Source of the DNA: Candidatus Moraniibacteriota bacterium
Lineage (GTDB): Bacteria; Patescibacteriota; Minisyncoccia; Moranbacterales; UBA1568
Reading direction: 5' to 3'
NCBI GenBank assembly: GCA_963743885.1
Contig: CAVURJ010000002.1
Location: 1 to 34,720 of the forward strand
Length of the DNA stretch: 34,720 nucleotides
Shown here: piece after piece, positions 16,673 to 25,374 of the stretch
Position numbering within the stretch: position 1 is the stretch's first letter
How the letters are laid out: every line of letters begins with the position of its first letter
Made by a program: the position numbers and the translations under genes
Notes under the pieces: model-generated
What the model was told of the DNA's origin: nothing
The model's database searches: none
The model's input: only the letters and a program-made list of their open reading frames with translations

Positions 16673-17914
16673 ATGAAAATCATGAATCGTAAATCTCTGC
16701 CTCGTCGGCAGACAGGGAAAATCATAAATCATCCCAGACACATGAAGATTTCTGCGAAATCAATCAGCTTTTTTGAGGAGAAAATAACTGATTTCTTTAG
16801 GAAGGCTGGGCGGGAGCATCTGCCATGGCGGAAGAAGCGTATCTCGGCCTATGAGGTGTGGGTCTCGGAGATTATGCTTCAGCAGACGCAGGTCGTACGC
16901 GTCATCGGCTATTATGAGCGATTCCTCAAGAGATTTCCGACCATCGAAGCGCTCGCTAGCGCGACATGGGAAGCATTCTTGCCATACTATGAAGGCTTGG
17001 GGTATTACAACCGCGGGCGCAATATGCTCAAGGCCGCAAAGGAGGTGACAACGAAGCATCAAGGAAGATTCCCTCGGGATGCCGAAGCCCTGCGAAGGCT
17101 CCCAGGTATCGGACCGTATACGGCGGCAGCCATCATGAGTTTCGCGTATGGCGATGACCATCTGGCTTGGGATACGAATCTTCATCGTGTTATCGGGCGG
17201 TTCTTCTATGGGACGAAGAGTGCGTTTTTTTCGAACCCTTCAGTCTCGACGACTCGACAGCTCCCCTTGGACCCGCTTCGACGGAGCGAAAGCGAGGCGA
17301 GAAAGGGGAGCCGGAAGAGGGAGGGAGGGATGACAAATAATAGCGAAGCGTTCTGGGAAGACAAGTTTGTGACGCCGAAAAAGTCGATGAACGCGGCGCT
17401 CATGGATTTCGGCAGTGCCCTCTGCGTCGCGCGTCCGAAGTGCGAAGCGTGCTCTTTGCGGCAGCGCTGTGCTTTTTATAGGGACGGCGGGAAGCTAGAA
17501 GCGGTAGAAAAGAACAAACGACGTATATCGTATCCTGTATCTCGTATAACGGGAAACGGAAATCGCGGAGGAATCCGACATACGACATACGACATACGAC
17601 ATACGGATATCGATTGGAGAGAAGCGAAAGCGGTTGTTTTCCTGCATGAGAATCATAAGAAATATTTTTCATCGGTTAAGAAAGAATACAAGCCGTTTGT
17701 GTTGCCGTCCGGATATAATACGCGGGCCGGCATCAAGAAGTATTTTCTCGAAAAATACGGACTCCAGCTCGCGGTCCGCCCGCCGCATGAGAAAAAGCTC
17801 ATTAAGGGCCAGTCGATGCTTTTCGTGAACGCGCAGATTTTGCTTGGCACCCCGTCATTTTCCGTATTTCCGAAAAATGTCGTCGAGGGGTATAATGAAA
17901 GCATGAAAAGCTAA
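16673..17914 (+). CDS. mutY: A/G-specific adenine DNA glycosylase (MutY family) with in-frame repeat insertions
   Basis: MutY motifs are present: YEVWVSEIMLQQTQV, GLGYYNRGRNM, LPGIGPYTAAAI and the Fe-S loop CVARPKCEACSLRQRC. An alternative start is possible at ATG 16742. Confidence 0.8.
   Translation: MKIMNRKSLPRRQTGKIINHPRHMKISAKSISFFEEKITDFFRKAGREHLPWRKKRISAYEVWVSEIMLQQTQVVRVIGYYERFLKRFPTIEALASATWEAFLPYYEGLGYYNRGRNMLKAAKEVTTKHQGRFPRDAEALRRLPGIGPYTAAAIMSFAYGDDHLAWDTNLHRVIGRFFYGTKSAFFSNPSVSTTRQLPLDPLRRSESEARKGSRKREGGMTNNSEAFWEDKFVTPKKSMNAALMDFGSALCVARPKCEACSLRQRCAFYRDGGKLEAVEKNKRRISYPVSRITGNGNRGGIRHTTYDIRHTDIDWREAKAVVFLHENHKKYFSSVKKEYKPFVLPSGYNTRAGIKKYFLEKYGLQLAVRPPHEKKLIKGQSMLFVNAQILLGTPSFSVFPKNVVEGYNESMKS
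17236..17329. repeat. In-frame hairpin repeat, mutY copy (long-loop variant)
   Basis: The sequence is cccttcagtctcgacgactcgacagctccccttgg...aaaggggagccggaagagggagggaggg. It accounts for roughly 30 extra residues compared with E. coli MutY as I recall it. Confidence 0.8.
17577..17604. repeat. Tandem heptanucleotide repeat (GACATAC)x4 inside mutY
   Basis: Read directly from the sequence: gacatac gacatac gacatac gacatac. Confidence 0.9.
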
Positions 17915-17952
17915 AGAAGCTAATGCAGCTAAGAAGCTAAAAGCTATCCAGT

Positions 17953-19011
17953 ATGCAGCTCCACTCCCTCAATGTCTATTTCTTTCTCGCGCTTCTCGTG
18001 GGCGTCGGTACGGTCGTTTATTTCATCTTTGAGCCGTTCCTGACAGCCATCATTGCTGCCGCTATCCTGACAGCTCTCTTCAAGGGGACGTATCACAAAT
18101 TTGAAGAGTGGTTTCGGGGGCACAGGGGGTGGAGTGCCTTCCTTACCTGTATCGTAGCGATCATTGTCATCGTGACGCCGGTATTCTCGGTGCTCAGCCT
18201 GGCTATCAGCGAGGCGAATTCGCTGTATCATACGCTCGGACAGGAATCATCCATCGAGCGAGCCATCGATACAGGAATCCGGGCGGTACGCGGTCTGCCT
18301 TATTCGGAAGCGATTTTCGGTTCGCAGACGCTTGATCAGAAGCAGGTTTTGGATGATGTCAAGCAGCTCGGCCAGAGCGCTCTCGGGCTTCTCCAGGCGG
18401 CGTATCAGGGCATCACGAGCTTCATCTTCTGGGTGTTTGTCATGTTCTTCACGCTCTTCTACTTTCTCATTGACGGCAAGCGGGCACTCCGGGCGCTCAT
18501 GGACCTCTCGCCGCTCCGTGATGAGCATGACAAGCTACTCATACGCAAGTTCATTTCTATCAGCCGCGCGACGCTCAAGGGGACACTCGTCGTCGGTATC
18601 GTTCAGGGCTTTCTTGGTGGTCTTGTGTTTTGGATTGCTGGGATTCCATCGCCAGCCATTTGGGGGTTTGTCATGGTGCTCTTCTCAGTTATCCCAATGG
18701 TTGGGACCGGTATCGTGTGGCTGCCGGCCGGCATCATTATGATAGCGCTCGGCCATATCTGGGAGGGTATCTTCATTATTTCTGTCGGCGCTGGCGTCAT
18801 CTCGGTCATCGATAATATCCTTCGTCCGAAGTTGGTCGGCAAGGATACCGAGATGCATCCGCTCATGGTGTTCTTCGCGACAATCGGCGGCATCTCACTC
18901 TTCGGATTGTCCGGCTTCGTTATCGGGCCGATCATCGTTGCGCTCTTTATGGCGCTTTCGGAGATCTATAGTATCGAATTCCGTGATCAGCTGAAAGAAT
19001 ACAACCAGTGA
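17953..19011 (+). CDS. AI-2E family (PerM/UPF0118) membrane transporter
   Basis: This is a multi-TM 352-aa ORF with the family-typical segment LKGTLVVGIVQGFLGGLVFWIAGIPSPAIWG...VIPMVG. Confidence 0.75.
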   Translation: MQLHSLNVYFFLALLVGVGTVVYFIFEPFLTAIIAAAILTALFKGTYHKFEEWFRGHRGWSAFLTCIVAIIVIVTPVFSVLSLAISEANSLYHTLGQESSIERAIDTGIRAVRGLPYSEAIFGSQTLDQKQVLDDVKQLGQSALGLLQAAYQGITSFIFWVFVMFFTLFYFLIDGKRALRALMDLSPLRDEHDKLLIRKFISISRATLKGTLVVGIVQGFLGGLVFWIAGIPSPAIWGFVMVLFSVIPMVGTGIVWLPAGIIMIALGHIWEGIFIISVGAGVISVIDNILRPKLVGKDTEMHPLMVFFATIGGISLFGLSGFVIGPIIVALFMALSEIYSIEFRDQLKEYNQ

Positions 19012-19094
19012 GTTTGTAAAGTTATCAAGTTATCAAGTCCATAAAGCAGAAAAGAATCCCTCTAGCTTTAAGGACTTTATAAACTTTCAACTTG

Positions 19095-19940
19095 ATGGAC
19101 TCTATCGTTTGGCAGCAAATTCCAAGCCATCTCGATCCGATCGCTTTTGCGGTCGGGTCTTTTTCCATCCGTTGGTATGCGATTTTTTTCATGGGAGGAT
19201 TCATCGCCGCTGCCTCTTTCTGCCTGGGGTGCTTCCGCAAAGAAGCCGCCGGTTTCCATTCGCAGGAGGAGCTCATCGATACGCTCCTTACGCTCTTCCT
19301 TGGCGCGCTTATTGGTGGTCGGCTCGGCTATGTCTTTCTGTATAATCCGGCATTCTTCCTCGAGTCGCCGCTTCGGATCATTTGGCCATATGATGCTCCG
19401 GTTGGCTGGTTGGGATTATCCGGCATGAGCTTTCATGGTGGGTTGATTGGTGCCGCGATCGCCTTTGTCTGGATCGTTAAGAGAAGGGGACTGCCATTCT
19501 GGCAGACGGCGGATTTTTTTGCGCTTGCCGCTCCGATAGCGCTTTTTTTCGGTCGTCTGGGAAATTTTTTCAATCTGGAGCTTTATGGCCGGGTGACGGA
19601 ACAGCCATGGGGCATGGTTTTTCCGTATATTTGGCCGATCGGCGCACTCCGACATCCCTCGGCGCTCTATGAAGCCGCACTTGAGGGCGCGCTGCTTTTC
19701 ATGATCCTTTTCGCGTATCAGCGGACAAGTCGTTTTCCGGGCGCTCTTTTTTCAGTCTTCCTTATTGTTTATGCGTGTCTTCGTTTTGTCGCAGAGTATT
19801 TCCGCGAGCCGGATCTGCAGATCGGGCTCCTCTCCGGAGGATTTAGCCTGGGGCAGTGGCTTTCGATAGCCATGCTGCTCCTCGGGATGACACTTTATGG
19901 ACTTACCTCGTCCCATTCTGCAAGGAAAAATCAGGATTAG
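19095..19940 (+). CDS. lgt: Prolipoprotein diacylglyceryl transferase
   Basis: Lgt motifs are present: SIRWYAIFF, GGRLGYVF, FHGGLIGA and GRLGNFFNLELYGR. Confidence 0.85.
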   Translation: MDSIVWQQIPSHLDPIAFAVGSFSIRWYAIFFMGGFIAAASFCLGCFRKEAAGFHSQEELIDTLLTLFLGALIGGRLGYVFLYNPAFFLESPLRIIWPYDAPVGWLGLSGMSFHGGLIGAAIAFVWIVKRRGLPFWQTADFFALAAPIALFFGRLGNFFNLELYGRVTEQPWGMVFPYIWPIGALRHPSALYEAALEGALLFMILFAYQRTSRFPGALFSVFLIVYACLRFVAEYFREPDLQIGLLSGGFSLGQWLSIAMLLLGMTLYGLTSSHSARKNQD

Positions 19941-20078
19941 GAACGGTGTAAGTCGCAGCTGGATCTGAGGCATGATTACGTGTTATCACTAGCGATTTCG
20001 GGAATGGATCGTGGTGGCTCAAGAAGAGAAATGATGGTACAATTTATGGGCAGAAGTGATATTTTCCGTTTCCTTTCT

Positions 20079-20474
20079 ATGCTTGATAAGAAAAACATCG
20101 CCATTCTTGTCGGAACTGTCGCAATCATCATCGGCTTCGTGGCTTGGGGACTCCAAGGGGAACCAGAGGCGCCGGCGGCTGATCCGAATGCTATCGTCTA
20201 TTACTATGGCGACGGCTGCCCGCACTGTAAGGTAGTCCAGGAATTCCTCGATGCCAATGATATTGCTTCCAAGGTTTCGTTTGAGAAGAAGGAAGTCTGG
20301 AATGATCGAAAGAATGCAAAGGAGCTCGAGGCGCGTGCCACAGCGTGCAGTATCAAGCCGGAAGAGATCGGTGTACCGTTCGTCTATGGTGGTGATGGCA
20401 AATGTTATGTCGGTGAGCCCGATGTGAAGAAGTTTTTCAGCGAGAAGGCGGGTATCGCCACGGCTGGAGAATAA
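20079..20474 (+). CDS. Membrane-anchored thioredoxin/glutaredoxin-fold thiol-disulfide oxidoreductase (CPHC active site)
   Basis: It has a TM anchor (IAILVGTVAIIIGFVAW) followed by YYYGDGCPHCKVV. The start is uncertain; in-frame ATGs also occur at 20031 and 20046. Confidence 0.65.
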   Translation: MLDKKNIAILVGTVAIIIGFVAWGLQGEPEAPAADPNAIVYYYGDGCPHCKVVQEFLDANDIASKVSFEKKEVWNDRKNAKELEARATACSIKPEEIGVPFVYGGDGKCYVGEPDVKKFFSEKAGIATAGE

Positions 20475-20498
20475 TAGTAGAGACAAACATCTTTTATC

Positions 20499-21467
20499 AT
20501 GCAGATGGATCCTCGTACAACGCAGAATATGGGCGCGCCCCGGCGTCCGGCGCTTGATATGGTGTCGCGCCGCCCAGCTCAGCCTGTCCGTCCGGCACGC
20601 GTTTTTCCGATGCAGACTTCGGAGCGGCTTTTGTCTAAGAGACGGGCGCTTGACGGGCTGCTCAATGCGCCGACCCCTGTCGCTCATCTGAAGCGCCGGA
20701 GCCTGGAAGGTGCGTGCTGGCGGTTTTTTCGCAAGTCGCAGCTCTATGCTCGTTTCGCGAGGCGGCGTTTCATGCGCCTCATGCCGGACATTGCTCCGCA
20801 TAAGATGCTCTATGGGTCGCTCATCGGCGGCGTAGCGTTTGGTATGGTGACGATGGCGACTATGGAACATTACTTCGGGCCTGGCGTCTTCGCTCGTTCC
20901 TCGGATGTCGAGATACAGGGGCGGGCGGTTTTGGGGGCCGAAGACCAGTCGGAGGAGAGCAACCAGGCGTATGACGGCCGGAACGATATCTTCTTTGAAT
21001 ATTTCAGCGAGGCGGCCGACAAGGAATACCAGGACAAGGTCCGCGAGATGGTGAAGGGGTACCCGATTGAGGCGATGCTCCCGTATATTTTTGAGAAGGA
21101 TCGATTGACAGCCTCATTCCTCATTGGTATTGCCAAGAAGGAGAGTAATTGGGGCAAGCGCATCCCAGTGCTCGATGGCCAGGATTGTTTCAATTATTGG
21201 GGCTACCGCGGCGTGCGCCGGATGATGGGCTCGGGTGGCCACACGTGCTTCAATAGCCGCAAGGATGCCGTGGATACCGTGGCCGTCCGTCTGGATAAGC
21301 TGATCAATTCCGAGAAACTCAATACCCCGGAAAAGCTCGTAGTCTGGAAATGTGGTTATAGCTGCGCTGGCCATAGTCGGGAGAGCGTCCTCAAATGGAT
21401 CAGCGACGTGGATATGTACTTCAGTCGTCTCAACGACGATGACTATGACGAATACGAAGAGCAGTAG
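20499..21467 (+). CDS. Membrane-anchored lysozyme-like / SLT-like putative cell-wall hydrolase, paralog 1
   Basis: It has a basic N-terminus, one TM segment and a C-terminal domain with IGIAKKESNWGK...CFNYWGY...VWKCG...WISDVDMYF. The Glu-Ser motif is reminiscent of lytic transglycosylases. Confidence 0.55.
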   Translation: MQMDPRTTQNMGAPRRPALDMVSRRPAQPVRPARVFPMQTSERLLSKRRALDGLLNAPTPVAHLKRRSLEGACWRFFRKSQLYARFARRRFMRLMPDIAPHKMLYGSLIGGVAFGMVTMATMEHYFGPGVFARSSDVEIQGRAVLGAEDQSEESNQAYDGRNDIFFEYFSEAADKEYQDKVREMVKGYPIEAMLPYIFEKDRLTASFLIGIAKKESNWGKRIPVLDGQDCFNYWGYRGVRRMMGSGGHTCFNSRKDAVDTVAVRLDKLINSEKLNTPEKLVVWKCGYSCAGHSRESVLKWISDVDMYFSRLNDDDYDEYEEQ

Positions 21468-21559
21468 CTTCTTCGCTTGGTAGAAAACGGAAAGCCCCAA
21501 AATATGTGGCTTTTTCTTTTGTATTTTTGCTTTAAATAGCCATTAATCGTTAAAAACCA

Positions 21560-21588
21560 TTGACGGAAAGCCATCTTTCGGGTATGAT
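21560..21588 (+). promoter_or_regulatory. Sigma-70-type promoter: TTGACG, 17 nt, TATGAT
   Basis: The -35 box is ttgacg at 21560-21565, the spacer is 17 nt, and the -10 box is tatgat at 21583-21588. This implies a leader of about 115 nt before ATG 21707. Confidence 0.55.
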
Positions 21589-21706
21589 GGAGAACGTGTT
21601 CCTTGGAACGTTTTCGCCAAATGGGGTGGAAATCCGGCCAGGAAACGGTAAATCTCTAAAGGACTGTTCCGGAGGGTCGCGCAAGCGAAAGGGGAGCGGG
21701 TCTGTT

Positions 21707-22498
21707 ATGGGAGCAATCGGCAGTGATACGGTTTTTTCAAGAAACCTTCCGCAGCTGAAAAATATTTATCATTCGTTATTCCGTCGTGTCGGGCGTTCCT
21801 TGCCTGCCGCGGCTGTTTTTGTGGGCATGCTCGTGCCCGCTTTTCTTGTTTTTTCAGCTGATCGGGCTGAATCTTCTGTTGAAAAGGCTACCGACCGACC
21901 GATCTCAGCTGTTTCGGCGGCTGATGAGCTTTGCCGCTGGAAGCGCGATGTCGCTTTCTTTTCAGCGCTTCGTGACGGCCGGAAGGCTGAGCAGGAAGGT
22001 GTGCCTTGTGAAGTACCGGAGCAAGGACCTGAGAAATCCGAATCGGATCGGGATGCTGCGGCATCAGGAAATAATGATCTTGCTTCGGCTATCCGCGAAT
22101 TGACGGCTGGCCATCCGATTGAGGCGATGGCGGGAACGATAGCCGGGTACGACAAAGAGGTCGCGGCGCTCATTGTTGGTATCGCCAAGAAGGAGAGCAA
22201 TTGGGGTAAGCATGTGCCGCTCGATGCCGAGGGGAAGGACTGTTTCAATTATTGGGGGTGGAAAGGTGCTGGAGCGCGCGGTACCGCTATGGGCCATGGT
22301 TGTTTCGGTAGTCGTGAAGAAGCGGTCAAGGCGGTTGGTGATCGTCTCGTGAAGCTCGTAGAGCTGCGTCAGACGAGTGAGCCGAAGAATCTGACGGTCT
22401 GGAAGTGTGGATCAAGCTGTGCGACGCATAGCCCTGAGAGTGTACGCAAGTGGGTGAGTGATGTCGACATGTATTACCGCAAGATCGCGAAGAATTGA
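21707..22498 (+). CDS. Lysozyme-like / SLT-like putative cell-wall hydrolase, paralog 2
   Basis: The C-terminal domain VGIAKKESNWGKHVP...CFNYWGW...VWKCGSSC...WVSDVDMYY is colinear with paralog 1. I placed the start at ATG 21707 (MGAIGSD), after GGGGAG. The TTG start of the ORF track at 21560 coincides with the putative -35 box. Confidence 0.6.
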   Translation: MGAIGSDTVFSRNLPQLKNIYHSLFRRVGRSLPAAAVFVGMLVPAFLVFSADRAESSVEKATDRPISAVSAADELCRWKRDVAFFSALRDGRKAEQEGVPCEVPEQGPEKSESDRDAAASGNNDLASAIRELTAGHPIEAMAGTIAGYDKEVAALIVGIAKKESNWGKHVPLDAEGKDCFNYWGWKGAGARGTAMGHGCFGSREEAVKAVGDRLVKLVELRQTSEPKNLTVWKCGSSCATHSPESVRKWVSDVDMYYRKIAKN

Positions 22499-22511
22499 CT
22501 ATGATTTTTGC

Positions 22512-22541
22512 AAAAGCTCCATCAGAATGGAGCTTTTTTTG
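22512..22541 (+). terminator. Rho-independent terminator
   Basis: The hairpin agctccat-caga-atggagct is followed by T7. A TATAAT lies at 22553-22558, just downstream. Confidence 0.7.
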
Positions 22542-22584
22542 ATGCATTCGGGTATAATAGAAAGGTAATACATGGAATATTCTC

Positions 22585-23517
22585 ATGTCCTGGCTACTTG
22601 TAGCGCTCGCGGGCTACCTCTTCAATGCTGTCGCGGCCATCTTCGATAAATTCCTCCTTTCTGATCGCATCAAGGCGCCGGCAGCGTATGCCTTTTATGT
22701 CTCGATGTTCAGCTTGTTCGCGCTCGGCTTTATCCTGAGGGGGGATTTCCAGTGGTCGAACGGCGTAGCGGCCGGTATCTCAATCCTTTCCGGTCTCGTC
22801 TTCCTCTACGCGCTCGTCGCTTTCTATGCGGCAGTGAAGCGGCACGAAGTCTCACGCGTGGCGCCGCTCGTCGGTACGGTCACGTCGCTTACGGTCTTCG
22901 CGGCTGCGCTCTTTTCTAGTGAGGTTGGGGATGGTGTACTCGTCGCTCTTTCGCTTGTGCTCCTTATCGGTGGTGGACTCCTCATATCATTCGATCTGCC
23001 GCTTCGCCGCGGTGAGCACATTCCGATCCTTCCGGTGCTCGCGGCCGGTATCGGTATGGGTGTTTCACTTCTTCTTCTCAAGGAGGCGTATGCGGCGAGC
23101 AATTTCACCACCGGGCTCGTCTGGTCACGGATAGGTATGTTCTTGGGTGGTCTTTCACTCCTCCTTATTCCGGCTTTTCGTCGAGATATCTTCGGTCATA
23201 CTGACGAGTCGACATCCGCACCGAAGCGGGCGGCTGGTACGGCAGTGTACTTCATTATCAACAAGACCTGCGCCGGCGTCGGGACGTTCCTGGTCGCGTA
23301 TGCGATCTCGATCGGATCCGTATCTTTCGTCCAGGCGCTCTCTGGCATGCAGTATGTCTTTTTGCTCGCGATCGCCTTCCCGCTCTCTTTCCGCCATCCG
23401 GATATCTACGGCGAGAAGCTTCTTTTTTGGGACTGGTTCCAGAAGATCGCGGCGATTGGTATCATCGGCCTCGGATTCTGGGTCGCATCGGTAAGTGGCA
23501 TAAAACTGTTGATGTAA
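22585..23517 (+). CDS. Polytopic membrane protein, DMT/EamA-like
   Basis: This is a 310-aa ORF with about 10 hydrophobic segments. The family assignment is tentative. Confidence 0.5.
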   Translation: MSWLLVALAGYLFNAVAAIFDKFLLSDRIKAPAAYAFYVSMFSLFALGFILRGDFQWSNGVAAGISILSGLVFLYALVAFYAAVKRHEVSRVAPLVGTVTSLTVFAAALFSSEVGDGVLVALSLVLLIGGGLLISFDLPLRRGEHIPILPVLAAGIGMGVSLLLLKEAYAASNFTTGLVWSRIGMFLGGLSLLLIPAFRRDIFGHTDESTSAPKRAAGTAVYFIINKTCAGVGTFLVAYAISIGSVSFVQALSGMQYVFLLAIAFPLSFRHPDIYGEKLLFWDWFQKIAAIGIIGLGFWVASVSGIKLLM

Positions 23518-23536
23518 AGATGTTTCACATCAACAG

Positions 23537-23672
23537 AAATCCAAAATCAAAAATCCCAATTTCCAAATAAATCACAAATCCAAACAACAAAACTCGAAAC
23601 GGACCAGTGTCTATCTCATTTTTTGATATTTGTTATTTTAGATTTATTTGGAGCTTGTAATTTTGAATTTTT
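23537..23672. repeat. AT-rich palindromic intergenic repeat, copy b (left flank of the GH gene)
   Basis: The sequence aaatccaaaatcaaaaatcccaatttccaaataaatcacaaatccaaa...tttatttggagcttgtaattttgaatttt is the reverse complement of copy c over nearly its whole length. Confidence 0.8.
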
Positions 23673-23690
23673 TATTTTAGAAACTTGCTT

Positions 23691-24728
23691 ATGCGTTATC
23701 TCCGGTATGCTCTGAAGGGGATTGGTCTCGTTCTCCTCGCGCTCCTTATTGTCATCCTTCTCCTGTTCGCGTATTTCAATCTGCCCGGCCCGGATCCGCG
23801 CGAGGACGTGCAGCTCGGCATGACCTTCTCGCATCGCTATGCGAGTGGTCTTGGGCTTGATTGGAAAGAGACATATCTCGCGCTCCTTGACGAGGTTGGC
23901 GTTCGCAAGCTCCGTATCCCAGTGTATTGGGATCTTGTCGAGAAGGAGCCGAAGTCGTATGATTGGTCGGATATTGATTGGCAGCTCGCGGAGGCTGAGA
24001 AGCGCGATGCCGAAGTGATCCTCTCAATCGGGCTCAAGGTGCCGCGTTGGCCGGAATGTCATATTCCGGGCTGGGTCGGCGATGATACTGATACTCGCCA
24101 TGGTGCGCTCCTTCGCTTTATGATGAAGGCAGTCGAGCGGTATAAGGGTCATCCGTCAGTAGTTGTCTGGCAGGTTGAGAATGAGCCATTTTTGCCATTC
24201 GGCATCTGCCCGCCGTTTGATGCGGACTTCCTCGATCAGGAGGTGGCGTTTGTAAAGGCGCTTGATCCGTCGCGGCCGGTGCTGCTTACGGATAGCGGCG
24301 AGCTTTCGCTCTGGGTTGCGCCGGCGTCGCGCGGAGACATGTTTGGTACGACGCTGTATCGCGATATCTATAGCAAGAATGTCGGTGGTTATTTCACGTA
24401 TCCGATCGGTCCGAATTTTTTCCGAGCTAAGGAACAGCTGGTCCGGCTCTTGACTGACCAAGAAGACTTTTCGGTCATCGAACTCCAGGGCGAGCCGTGG
24501 GCGAGCGGATGGATAGCGGAGATACCGCTTGAGGAGCAGTTCCGGACTATGACGGAAGACAAGCTGCGTGAGAATGTCGAGTATGCTCGTCGGGTCGGCT
24601 TTCGGGATATTTATCTTTGGGGCGGTGAGTGGTGGTATTGGATGAAGGTCAAGAAGGACTATCCGGCGGTATGGGAGACAGGGAAGGAGCTTTTCCGCGA
24701 GCAAGGCCGGGTAGTAGGTAGTGAATAA
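23691..24728 (+). CDS. Membrane-anchored clan GH-A (TIM-barrel, GH5/GH42-like) glycoside hydrolase
   Basis: It has an N-terminal TM segment, WQVENEPF (acid/base NEP) and IELQGEPW (candidate nucleophile). Confidence 0.65.
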   Translation: MRYLRYALKGIGLVLLALLIVILLLFAYFNLPGPDPREDVQLGMTFSHRYASGLGLDWKETYLALLDEVGVRKLRIPVYWDLVEKEPKSYDWSDIDWQLAEAEKRDAEVILSIGLKVPRWPECHIPGWVGDDTDTRHGALLRFMMKAVERYKGHPSVVVWQVENEPFLPFGICPPFDADFLDQEVAFVKALDPSRPVLLTDSGELSLWVAPASRGDMFGTTLYRDIYSKNVGGYFTYPIGPNFFRAKEQLVRLLTDQEDFSVIELQGEPWASGWIAEIPLEEQFRTMTEDKLRENVEYARRVGFRDIYLWGGEWWYWMKVKKDYPAVWETGKELFREQGRVVGSE

Positions 24729-24866
24729 ATTCAAAATTCAAAATTACAAGCTCCAAATAAATCAAAAATAAAAAATATCAAAAATAAGACAGATAGCGGT
24801 CGTTTTTTGGTTTTGTTTTTTTGGATTTGTAATTTATTTGGAAATTGAGATTTTGAATTTGGTGCT
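24729..24866. repeat. AT-rich palindromic intergenic repeat, copy c (right flank of the GH gene, inverted relative to b)
   Basis: The sequence is attcaaaattcaaaattacaagctccaaataaatc...ggatttgtaatttatttggaaattgagattttgaatttggtgct. Confidence 0.8.
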
Positions 24867-24874
24867 TCTGTAAT

Positions 24875-25360
24875 ATGGTAGATAATAAGCGATTGATTCT
24901 AGTTATTCACAACATCCGGAGCGCACACAATGTCGGCTCGATGTTTCGGACGGCCGATGGGGCGGGTGTGGATGAGATTATCCTCTCCGGCTTTACGCCT
25001 GTGCCACCGAAACGGGGTGCCTTGTATCTCTCTTCGGCTGATAAGGCGCTCAAGAAGACTGCTCTCGGCGCGGAGGAATATGTCCCATGGAAGAAAGTCG
25101 CGTCACTTGCTAGACTCATCAGTAAGCTGAAGAAGGAAGGATATGAGATCGCGGCGCTTGAGCAGCGTGAGGGGAGCATCCGGCATGATCGGTACCGTCC
25201 GAAGAAGTCGGTCGCACTTATCGTAGGGAACGAAGTGCTTGGTGTCGATGAAAAGACCTTGGAGCGCTCTGATGTGGTTATCGAGATACCGATGCGCGGT
25301 GCCAAGAACTCGCTCAACGTATCAGTCGCAGCGGGCATTGCTCTCTACCACCTGCGATGA
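24875..25360 (+). CDS. SpoU/TrmH-family RNA 2'-O-methyltransferase
   Basis: Family motifs are present: NIRSAHNVGSMFRTADGAG, LIVGNEVLGV and IEIPMRGAKNSLNVSVAAGIALY. Confidence 0.8.
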   Translation: MVDNKRLILVIHNIRSAHNVGSMFRTADGAGVDEIILSGFTPVPPKRGALYLSSADKALKKTALGAEEYVPWKKVASLARLISKLKKEGYEIAALEQREGSIRHDRYRPKKSVALIVGNEVLGVDEKTLERSDVVIEIPMRGAKNSLNVSVAAGIALYHLR

Positions 25361-25374
25361 CGCGCTGACTGATA

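Noticed and set aside
21592-21706. Calling the leader a ydaO/c-di-AMP riboswitch.
   Set aside because: I could find only two short segments that resemble the consensus, and not the paired pseudo-symmetric ACGGGGA/CCCGA modules. I reported it only as a candidate leader.
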